From positions 1 to 50,745 of the forward strand of contig JANQFB010000325.1 of NCBI GenBank assembly GCA_028278085.1: a stretch of 50,745 nucleotides of DNA. Direction: 5' to 3'. The DNA is from Chitinophagales bacterium (GTDB taxonomy: Bacteria > Bacteroidota > Bacteroidia > Chitinophagales > JANQFB01). The translations under genes and the position numbers were made by a program. This document shows, one piece after another, positions 28,486-36,016 of this stretch. How positions within the stretch are numbered: the stretch's first letter is position 1; every line of letters begins with the position of its first letter. The notes below the pieces were generated by a model. It did not search any database. It worked only from the letters and a program-made list of their open reading frames with translations, and had not been told where the DNA came from.

Positions 28486-28506
28486 CCTACAAAGGTACGT
28501 TTTTGA
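28468..28506 (+). CDS. Putative 12-aa leader peptide translationally coupled to rep
   Basis: ATG 28468 gives MTTTEIPTKVRF*; its TGA (28504-28506) overlaps the TTG (28503-28505) that begins MIDFIKI. Confidence 0.4.
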   Translation: MTTTEIPTKVRF

Positions 28507-29774
28507 TTGACTTCATCAAAATACAAGATTTACCCATAGATCATAATGATCTCATTAATTCTCCGTATCTGGAATTTGAAGGTAAGTATAACCGACTAAC
28601 AGGAGAAATCTATGAATTTCCATTGTCTGCTGAATACAATAAAATAACATTCTCAATCAATGATAATGCTAAGTATAGAGTAGATAACCCCAGCATTCCA
28701 TATAAAATCCATTGCAACGTTTCCGGGAGTATCCACAAGTACTTTGATGCAAATGATAGCAACGCATCAGATTTTACTTATCGGCAGCTAATTGATTCCA
28801 TCATAGAAATATGTTCCAAGTTCAGGCTAAACCCCTTTAAATGCGTTCTAACGAATGTAGAGTTTGGAGTTAACATAATACCGCCAATACCATCTGACAA
28901 GGCTCTACGTAATCTTATTAATCATTGGGGTCATGAATTTACACACGTGGGAGGTAAGGCCAAAGGTAAGGAATGCTGTAAACAACAATACTGGATCAAA
29001 ATATATGATAAGAACTGGAAAAGAAAATCGGGTCATGAACTATTACGAATAGAGATCCATGTTGCTAAGATGAATTATCTAACAGAGATCGGAATAAGAA
29101 CGTTAGCGGATTTATTGAGCCTGGATAAAATAATGCAATTAGGAGCAAAATTAGAGGCTATATGGAACGGTATACGATATTTTGATGATACCCTACTTTT
29201 TGATAAAATGAATGATAAGGAGCGTTCATTTATGAATCAATGGAGAAACCCGATCTACTGGCAGGAACTAAAGGAAATTAAATATACAACCTACAAATAT
29301 CACGGCAAAAGGTTCAAAGAAATTACAGAGAAATACAGCCGGGATCACCGGCAAAAACAAATAGGATCACTTATCAAAAAAAAGTGCGCTGAACTATTAA
29401 TCTGTGATCAGGAAACACTATCCAAATTAACCATTTTCTTAGATCAATATTCTAAGGCCAAAACTATCCAAATTACTACTCCTAGTATAGAATTAATCAT
29501 TCCAGAAACACACACAACTCTATCACCTAATAATGGACAAGAAAAAAGAAGATGCAAAACATGTGGGAAGGATATATCAAACCAGAAGGAAGATAGTTTT
29601 TTTTGTAGTGCAAAGTATGTAGGAGAAGAAAGAGCAAAACAATGCCGGAACGCCGATAGTAATCCTAGGAATTACATTAAGAGAAAGATTAATAGGATAC
29701 ACATGTATCCAGTACTATTTGATCCAAATAGATACCTGGTACTAAATGAAGATCAAAAGAAGTTATTAGCATAA
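28503..29774 (+). CDS. Replication initiator, rolling-circle Rep_trans / phage gene II-like, with C-terminal Cys4 zinc ribbon (start TTG 28503 preferred over 28452)
   Basis: MIDFIKI start; GSIHKY, NVEFGVNI, IKIYDK (putative catalytic Tyr) and LLRIEI motifs; C-terminal CKTC...FCS...CRN. Confidence 0.7.
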   Translation: MIDFIKIQDLPIDHNDLINSPYLEFEGKYNRLTGEIYEFPLSAEYNKITFSINDNAKYRVDNPSIPYKIHCNVSGSIHKYFDANDSNASDFTYRQLIDSIIEICSKFRLNPFKCVLTNVEFGVNIIPPIPSDKALRNLINHWGHEFTHVGGKAKGKECCKQQYWIKIYDKNWKRKSGHELLRIEIHVAKMNYLTEIGIRTLADLLSLDKIMQLGAKLEAIWNGIRYFDDTLLFDKMNDKERSFMNQWRNPIYWQELKEIKYTTYKYHGKRFKEITEKYSRDHRQKQIGSLIKKKCAELLICDQETLSKLTIFLDQYSKAKTIQITTPSIELIIPETHTTLSPNNGQEKRRCKTCGKDISNQKEDSFFCSAKYVGEERAKQCRNADSNPRNYIKRKINRIHMYPVLFDPNRYLVLNEDQKKLLA

Positions 29775-29996
29775 TTTGAATGCAATCACCACAAGTACCA
29801 TACATGGGATTTACGGCCATTTATCCCTTTATAGGGGTTACCCCTTACAAAAGGTAGAAATGCGCTAAAATGCCGTTTCTGCATACGGAGAACATGAATC
29901 TTGATTAGTACCCGGATTTAGTAATATTATCTATATGGCTATCGCTGTTATGGTCCCTGGGTCCACATCTGAAATTTAGGAAACATTTTATTAATG

Positions 29997-30227
29997 CTAA
30001 ATATCAAAATCAAATAATTCCTTCATTGAAACGCTTAACCCTTTAGCAATCCTGTAAACTGTTGAAGTAGAAACATTATGCTCTCCTCTTTCTATTCGAC
30101 CTATCTGCTTACCATGATTTTCAATTAAATTGCCTAATTGTTCCTGGGTTAGCTTGCGTTCGTTACGCAATTGCCTTATTCGCCTGCCCAACGCCTTTAA
30201 AAATTCTTCATCCCTGACATATTCCAT
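29997..30227 (-). CDS. XRE-family (HTH_3) transcriptional regulator
   Basis: LGRRIRQLRNERKLTQEQLG...IGRIERGEHNVS...IAKGLSV. Confidence 0.9.
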   Translation of the reverse strand: MEYVRDEEFLKALGRRIRQLRNERKLTQEQLGNLIENHGKQIGRIERGEHNVSTSTVYRIAKGLSVSMKELFDFDI

Positions 30228-30345
30228 GAATGCAAGTTTGCATATTGCCAGAAATTATAAAACCACATATTTGTAGCAAATAATTGTCGGTTTTCTTGGA
30301 TACAATGATAGAGTTCTATAATTTGGCTGGTACATATTATTGCAT

Positions 30346-30535
30346 TAGTCGCTCCCTGCGTCAAAAACTGGTGATTTTTTAGAAATACAGGGATTTTGAT
30401 TAATGCCCACATCCTGGCTATTGCCCGTATGCTTGCGGGTAACTAGTCGGGATTAAGTTAAACGTGGGCATAGTTCGTCTGTATTTCGGGTATACCAGTA
30501 CCTTGACGTAAGGCGGCTATGTCCCACGTTTTTTT
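30346..30535 (+). ncRNA. Long structured RNA / leader (rod-like hairpin with alternative terminator-like fold)
   Basis: Seven nested helices, 58 bp in total, with 7 G.U pairs and no A.C mismatches within the helices. It begins just after a -7-like TATTATTG (30335-30342) and ends in a T7 tract. Confidence 0.7.
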
Positions 30536-30556
30536 ATGCCTTAAACTCATGTAAAC

Positions 30557-30742
30557 ATGAAATCTAAACAATCAAAGAAACTCTGCAAACAAGTAGACAA
30601 CCTGCAATTAGAAATTGAAACATTGACAGCTACCGTCGAGATGTGTTTAACCCGGCAAAGTGAGTTTATTAAAACAGTTAATACCGTATCTACCAACGCC
30701 AAAGACTGTATTGCCGATATAAAGGCAACCCTATCCAAGTAG
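30557..30742 (+). CDS. Small coiled-coil hypothetical protein downstream of the structured leader
   Basis: 61 aa, ATG in A-rich context, heptad-like pattern; followed by a hairpin at 30775-30804. Confidence 0.55.
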   Translation: MKSKQSKKLCKQVDNLQLEIETLTATVEMCLTRQSEFIKTVNTVSTNAKDCIADIKATLSK

Positions 30743-30774
30743 TTCCAGGATAAAACTTCATTTTATTAATTCAC

Positions 30775-30804
30775 GGCCCTACCTGCTATTTGTAGGTAGT
30801 GGCC
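30775..30804 (+). terminator. Hairpin, possible terminator of the leader + 61-aa ORF transcript
   Basis: GGCC-CTACCTGC-TATTT-GTAGGTAG-T-GGCC followed by T-rich sequence. Confidence 0.45.
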
Positions 30805-30831
30805 TATTATTTCATTCCAAAAAGGATCATC

Positions 30832-31107
30832 ATGGAATATGATATTTTATATGTTATCGCATACGATAGGCGTATTGGATACTGGATATTGATCACAGAG
30901 AATATTATGGATGAGAATGAAGGGTATTCAGAATCGGGATTTAAAACGCTATCAGAGGCAAAAGAAGTAGTAACACATGAAATCAACCTGGTTAATGAAC
31001 TTGAAAAGGATAAGAAAGTAATTGAGGTAGATATTAGTGATCGTTCTGATGGCTTAGATTCAGAGGGAATAACAAGATTAATTGTTGAAATGCTCAATCG
31101 CTCCTGA
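30832..31107 (+). CDS. Small acidic hypothetical protein (likely ATG 30832)
   Basis: 91 aa; beta-beta-beta-alpha-like pattern with SGFKTLSEAK. Confidence 0.55.
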   Translation: MEYDILYVIAYDRRIGYWILITENIMDENEGYSESGFKTLSEAKEVVTHEINLVNELEKDKKVIEVDISDRSDGLDSEGITRLIVEMLNRS

Positions 31108-31329
31108 AGATGAAAAGAGGCAAAGAGAGAAATTAATTAGACTTGTCAAAAAAAAGGGGAAGATCCCCAACACCCGATATAATCACCCCCACAATTTTCA
31201 AAAATTCAGACAATTGTATACTAAAGTAGTATAATTTAGTATGGCACGGGGGAAGATTAACACGAATAAAGTACACTAAGTCTACTATAATAATCTTAGA
31301 TAAAGCTTGGAAAAATAAAGCGAGCAAAA

Positions 31330-31545
31330 TCATTCTTGGCTCTTTAACCACGATTGGACTTTTTCTTCCATTTTGGCCTCGGCTTCATTTCGGGTTTTGC
31401 CATAAGTTTCACTAAATTGATCACCTATCTCTTTATCCTTGACCCCATTTTTATATGTAACCATCCGCACTTTTGCAACATATTTAAATGTGCCAATTGG
31501 TTCCATTGGGTCTACAATAATATAATAACCGTAGTTTTTATTCAT
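31330..31545 (-). CDS. Small hypothetical protein, HicB-N/dsRBD-like pattern
   Basis: 71 aa; beta strands followed by ETYGKTRNEAEAKMEEKVQSWL. Confidence 0.55.
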   Translation of the reverse strand: MNKNYGYYIIVDPMEPIGTFKYVAKVRMVTYKNGVKDKEIGDQFSETYGKTRNEAEAKMEEKVQSWLKSQE

Positions 31546-31620
31546 TTCTTGAAGTAAACTTTCGCAAGCGTTCTTCTAAAGTTATAGTTTTTTATTCACT
31601 TATTTTTTAATTTTAGTATC

Positions 31621-31899
31621 ATGCCATTTGAAACCGGACATACAAAGCAGGGAGGACGTAAAGCAGGAACACGCAACAAAACAACACTGGCGGTTAAGGA
31701 GAAGATTCAACAGTTTATCGACGGTTACACCATTGAAGAAATGCAGGAGGATTTTAAAAAATTAGAACCATTAGAGAAGTTGAAATTATTTACAGCGATG
31801 ATCGAATTTGTGCAACCTAAATTGCAACGTACCAATGCGATTATTGAAGATCATACCATAAATGTAACAGTTGGAGGAAAATCTTATAAGAAACGGTAA
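31621..31899 (+). CDS. Small terminase-subunit-like protein (DUF5681-like N-terminus)
   Basis: MPFETGHTKQGGRKAGTRNK Gly/basic N-terminal motif, two central helices, PKLQR and a short C-terminal beta tail. This is an architecture I associate with TerS-like proteins; not database-confirmed. Confidence 0.55.
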   Translation: MPFETGHTKQGGRKAGTRNKTTLAVKEKIQQFIDGYTIEEMQEDFKKLEPLEKLKLFTAMIEFVQPKLQRTNAIIEDHTINVTVGGKSYKKR

Positions 31900-31953
31900 A
31901 TGAGCACACCTATTGATGAAGTAGTCTGTAATTGGGATCAAAACGGTTCAAAG

Positions 31954-31972
31954 TGTCCCCCCTAGTGTCCCC
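31954..31972 (+). promoter_or_regulatory. Putative integrase arm-type binding sites (right)
   Basis: TGTCCCC twice with 12-bp period, preceded by AAAG, as at 25855-25873. Confidence 0.65.
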
Positions 31973-32028
31973 CAAAAGAATATGACCCCTACAAACGATT
32001 GATTTTCAGGAGAGTATATTGTGAAGTT

Positions 32029-32051
32029 GCAGCCCCTAGGAGAATCGAACT
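32029..32051. repeat. Right att core (within tRNA-Glu)
   Basis: GCAGCCCCTAGGAGAATCGAACT, identical to 25721-25743. Confidence 0.95.
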
Positions 32052-32101
32052 CCTGTTTTCAGAATGAAAATCTGACGTCCTAACCACTAGACGAAGGGGC
32101 C
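32030..32101 (-). tRNA. tRNA-Glu (anticodon TTC), CCA not encoded
   Basis: Reverse complement folds as acceptor GGCCCCT/AGGGGCT, D-arm GTCTAGTGGTTAGGAC, anticodon arm TCAGA-TTTTCAT-TCTGA and T-arm AGGAG-TTCGATT-CTCCT. Confidence 0.97.
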
Positions 32102-32116
32102 AAATACCACTTCTTA

Positions 32117-32143
32117 CCTGCCGTAGCGGAATGCGAAGGCAGG
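32117..32143 (+). repeat. REP-like stem-loop in the tRNA leader, between two copies of ACGAAGGGGCC
   Basis: CCTGCC-GTAGC-GGAAT-GCGAA-GGCAGG; the 11-mer occurs at 32091-32101 and 32146-32156. Confidence 0.65.
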
Positions 32144-32434
32144 AAACGAAGGGGCCGTGCTATATTTTAGCGTGTGCAAATTTAGAATATTTTCAATCAA
32201 AATCATAAACACCCAAAAATTATTTTTTAACCCTTACCCCCTATCCTTACATCTCTGATCGGTTGACCAAGACTTACGAAAAATCGTATACCCCGGTCCG
32301 GGCATCTCTCCTTTTACGCCATTTGAAGCATTTGGATACATACCTCCTTCGCCGGAGTTGCCGCTACAACAGGCTCCGGTATTTTTTCCGGGGAAAGGGA
32401 ATCGATTTTATCCCGGATCAGTTAAATTTGCGTC

Positions 32435-33436
32435 ATGTCAACCATAAAAATTGCCATCAACGGATTCGGGAGGATCGGCCGCTTATCGCTGAGAGCCTTG
32501 CTCCCCAACGACCAATGCCAGGTAGTAGCTATTAATGACCTGGCCGATAATCGAACCCTCGCTCACCTGTTCAAATATGATACGGCTCAGGGTCAATTTA
32601 TGGGGGATGTGGGTTTTGATGAAGACCATATCTCCGTCAATGGTCAATCGATCAAAGTATTTGCGGAAAGAGATCCGGCCCAATTGCCCTGGAACGATTT
32701 GGGCGTGGAACTGGTGATCGAATGCACCGGGATCTTCCGCAACCGTGAAGGGGCCTCCAAACACCTGGAAGCCGGTGCCAAAAAGGTCGTCATCTCCGCA
32801 CCCGCCAAAGGAGATATTAAAACCATTGTTTTAGGGATCAATGATGACCTGTTAACGAAAGAAGACGATATCATTTCCAATGCATCCTGTACCACCAATT
32901 GTCTGGCGCCCATGTTGCAGGTGCTGCATGACCGGTTCGAGATCCAGAAAGGATTTGTAACCACTGTTCATGCTTACACAGCGGATCAGCGGATGCAGGA
33001 TGCTCCCCACAGCGATCTCAGAAGAGCCCGGAGCGCCCCCAACAACATCGTACCGACCTCTACCGGGGCCGCGCAGGCTGTCGGGAAAGTCTTGCCGCAC
33101 CTGGCGGGCAAGCTGCATGGAAGCGCTCTGCGTGTCCCGGTGATCGACGGTTCTTTAACCGAACTGACCTGCCTGATCAAAACGGCCGTTGACGGGGAGG
33201 AGATCAACCGAACCTTTAAAGAAGCGGCGGACAACCGCCTGAAAGGCATACTCGCCTATACGGAAGAACCCTTGGTATCTGCCGACATCATCGGCAATCC
33301 GCATTCCTGCATTTTTGATGCCGGGTTGACCAACACCCTCGATAATATGGTCAAAATTACCGGATGGTATGATAACGAATTCGGTTATGCAACCCGGATC
33401 GCCGACCTGACCGCTAAATTATGTCAGCTATTCTAA
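32435..33436 (+). CDS. gap: Type I glyceraldehyde-3-phosphate dehydrogenase
   Basis: INGFGRIGR, catalytic ASCTTNCLAP, WYDNEFGY. Confidence 0.98.
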   Translation: MSTIKIAINGFGRIGRLSLRALLPNDQCQVVAINDLADNRTLAHLFKYDTAQGQFMGDVGFDEDHISVNGQSIKVFAERDPAQLPWNDLGVELVIECTGIFRNREGASKHLEAGAKKVVISAPAKGDIKTIVLGINDDLLTKEDDIISNASCTTNCLAPMLQVLHDRFEIQKGFVTTVHAYTADQRMQDAPHSDLRRARSAPNNIVPTSTGAAQAVGKVLPHLAGKLHGSALRVPVIDGSLTELTCLIKTAVDGEEINRTFKEAADNRLKGILAYTEEPLVSADIIGNPHSCIFDAGLTNTLDNMVKITGWYDNEFGYATRIADLTAKLCQLF

Positions 33437-33482
33437 CGACCATCGAAGGGTGGATAGCACCTAATAAGTAAAACGTATTTTC

Positions 33483-34676
33483 ATGAATACAGTAGCAGGA
33501 TTTGATTGCAGCGGAAAGAAAATGCTGGTCCGCGTGGATTTTAACGTCCCCCTCGATGAAGAGCATAAGATCCAGGATGATACCCGGATGCGAGCCGCTG
33601 CACCTACCCTCAAAAAGATTATTGGCGATGGCGGATCGGCCATTGTGATGTCCCATTTAGGGAGGCCCAAGCAAGGGCCGGAAGAAAAATTTTCGCTCAG
33701 GCATTTGGTAGGACATTTGCAGGAATTATGCGGCGCACCGGTTCGGTTTGCAGACAATTGTATTGGAGAACCTGCCGAGGAACAGGCAAATTCCCTGGCG
33801 CCAGGGGAGATCCTGCTGCTTGAAAATACCCGTTTTCATGCAGAAGAAACAGCCGGCGACCAGGATTTTGCAAAAGCTTTGGCAGCTTTGGGTGACGGCT
33901 ATGTCAACGATGCCTTTGGTACGGCCCACCGGGCTCATGCTTCGACCACCGTGGTGGCGGATTTCTTTCCCAATGACCGAAAGATGTTCGGATACCTGAT
34001 GGCCAAAGAGATCCAAAATGCCGACCAGGTATTATTGAATACCCAACATCCTTTTACCGCGATCATTGGCGGGGCAAAAGTATCCGATAAGATCCTGATC
34101 ATCGAACGACTGTTGGAAAAAGCGGATAACATCCTGATCGGAGGAGGGATGGCTTATACTTTTTTCCGGGCCAAACAAGGTCGTGTGGGCAATTCGTTGG
34201 TCGAAGAAGATAAGGTCGAACTGGCCGGGGAACTGATCCGGAAAGCGGCCGAAAAGAAAGTCTCGCTCATCCTCCCGGAAGATTCCGTCATAGCCGACGC
34301 CTTCGACAACCAGGCCAATACCGATATTTCGGATAGCGGTGCGATCCCCGATGGGTGGATGGGACTGGATATCGGTCCACAAGCCTGCAAATCTTTTAAG
34401 GAGGTGATCCTATCCTCCAAAACCTTGTTGTGGAATGGCCCGATGGGCGTATTTGAAATGGAGAACTTCGCCAAAGGTACCCGGTCGATTGCCGAAGCAG
34501 TGGCCGGAGCTACGGAGAAAGGCGCCTTTTCATTGGTCGGCGGAGGAGATTCCATGGCAGCGATTAACCAAATGGGGCTGGCGAATAAGGTCAGTTACGT
34601 ATCCACCGGCGGAGGCGCTATGCTCGAATACTTTGAAGGCAAAGAATTGCCGGGGATAAAGGCCATTTTGAATTAG
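33483..34676 (+). CDS. pgk: Phosphoglycerate kinase
   Basis: [48 protein letters not shown]. Confidence 0.98.
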   Translation: MNTVAGFDCSGKKMLVRVDFNVPLDEEHKIQDDTRMRAAAPTLKKIIGDGGSAIVMSHLGRPKQGPEEKFSLRHLVGHLQELCGAPVRFADNCIGEPAEEQANSLAPGEILLLENTRFHAEETAGDQDFAKALAALGDGYVNDAFGTAHRAHASTTVVADFFPNDRKMFGYLMAKEIQNADQVLLNTQHPFTAIIGGAKVSDKILIIERLLEKADNILIGGGMAYTFFRAKQGRVGNSLVEEDKVELAGELIRKAAEKKVSLILPEDSVIADAFDNQANTDISDSGAIPDGWMGLDIGPQACKSFKEVILSSKTLLWNGPMGVFEMENFAKGTRSIAEAVAGATEKGAFSLVGGGDSMAAINQMGLANKVSYVSTGGGAMLEYFEGKELPGIKAILN

Positions 34677-34848
34677 GCCTTTAATATTCCGTCTGGAAAT
34701 TTGGGAAATTGCCGATTTTGTCATAGGTTGCCGCTTGGTCATAATTACCGGTTAATATGTATTTTTTTGCTATTATGAAGTCCGCAGCCAATTGGTATCT
34801 TGACCCCGGGAAATAGACAGATTTTCACAACACATAAAAATTACAATC

Positions 34849-35874
34849 ATGGCAAAAACCGTTACAAATAAGCCTAAACTGACCCGGATCCTATCCATCG
34901 ACGGTGGCGGGATCAGAGGCATCATACCGGGCCAGATCCTGGTAAGCTTAGAGAAAATGTTGCAGCAAAAAACCGGGAAACGGGGGCTGCATATATCTGA
35001 TTGTTTTGATCTGATTGCCGGCACCAGTACCGGCGGCATACTAACCTGCGCTATCCTGGCGCCTGAGAAAGTCGGGTCTGCCAAGCCGAAATTCACGGCC
35101 CAGGAAGTAGTGGATCTTTACCTGGAAAGGGGTGATGAGATCTTTGAAATACCATTGATGCATAAGATCAAGTCAGGTGGCGGAATACTGGATGAGAAGT
35201 ATCCGGCAGACGGTTTGGAAGAAGCCTTGCAGGATTATTTCCAGGAGCTTTGGCTCAGTGATCTGATCAAGCCCTGCCTGATTACCTCCTATGATATCAA
35301 AAGAAGGAGAGCGCATTTCTTTACACAAGTAGATGCGAAACAAACACCTTCCCGTAACTACCGGGTGAGGGATGTGGCCAGGGCTACTTCAGCCGCACCT
35401 ACCTATTTTGAGTGTGCCCGGGTAAAATCGAAGACCAATATCACCTATCCCTTGGTTGATGGCGGTACATTTGCCAATAATCCCACCCTATGTGCCTATG
35501 CGGAAGTGCGGGATCTGTTCAAAAAACACGCCACCGATATAGCGATCTTATCCCTGGGAACAGGCCATACCAGCAAATCCTATTCCTACAAAGAGGCTAA
35601 AAACTGGGGAATGGCAGAATGGATCAAGCCGGTGATCGATATCATGATGGCCGGTGTGTCCGAAACTGTCGATTACCAGATCCACCAGATCTATGAAGCT
35701 GTCGATAAGCCGGATCAATATCTCAGGATCAATCCCTCCCTCGTAGGTACGGATGTCAACCCGGATATGGATGATGCAACCACGGAAAACCTCCAGGCAT
35801 TGAGAGAACTGGGCACCGAAACCGCCCAGAATTATGAAGAGCAACTGAAAAAATTCATTGATCTGATCATTTAA
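34849..35874 (+). CDS. Patatin-like phospholipase
   Basis: DGGGIRG, GTSTG nucleophile, SAAPTYF, DGG. Confidence 0.92.
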   Translation: MAKTVTNKPKLTRILSIDGGGIRGIIPGQILVSLEKMLQQKTGKRGLHISDCFDLIAGTSTGGILTCAILAPEKVGSAKPKFTAQEVVDLYLERGDEIFEIPLMHKIKSGGGILDEKYPADGLEEALQDYFQELWLSDLIKPCLITSYDIKRRRAHFFTQVDAKQTPSRNYRVRDVARATSAAPTYFECARVKSKTNITYPLVDGGTFANNPTLCAYAEVRDLFKKHATDIAILSLGTGHTSKSYSYKEAKNWGMAEWIKPVIDIMMAGVSETVDYQIHQIYEAVDKPDQYLRINPSLVGTDVNPDMDDATTENLQALRELGTETAQNYEEQLKKFIDLII

Positions 35875-36016
35875 GGAGATTTCCCCCAACCCTGCCATTT
35901 TATATCCTTAAATTTGCTTGCTGGCCGGTCATCGTATTTCCATGAAAAATTGTAAATTGTTCCGGGCTGGAATAAATGGATCATATTCCTTCCGCTTTGG
36001 ATCAAAATAATTGTAT

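Larger units (their letters stand above)
25721..32051. mobile_element. 6.3-kb integrated element (int-xis-rep, TerS-like gene) inserted at the tRNA-Glu 3' end; phage-satellite-like
   Basis: Exact 23-bp direct repeats at both ends matching the tRNA 3' end; integrase at the left boundary; visibly more AT-rich than the flanks. Confidence 0.92.

Noticed and set aside
31133-31351. 72-aa minus-strand ORF in the island
   Set aside because: Non-ATG start overlapping the upstream gene, with a composition typical of translated AT-rich non-coding DNA.
31900-31965. 21-codon ORF after the TerS-like gene as a terL remnant
   Set aside because: Too short, no motif, and it runs into the arm-site repeats.
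25721-32051. Complete prophage, inovirus or ICE
   Set aside because: No capsid, portal, TerL, tail, Zot-like ATPase, small TM coat genes or T4SS/coupling genes.
34849-35874. Patatin as a CBASS CapV effector
   Set aside because: No CD-NTase, Cap2/Cap3 or other defence gene is adjacent; it follows gap-pgk in housekeeping context.
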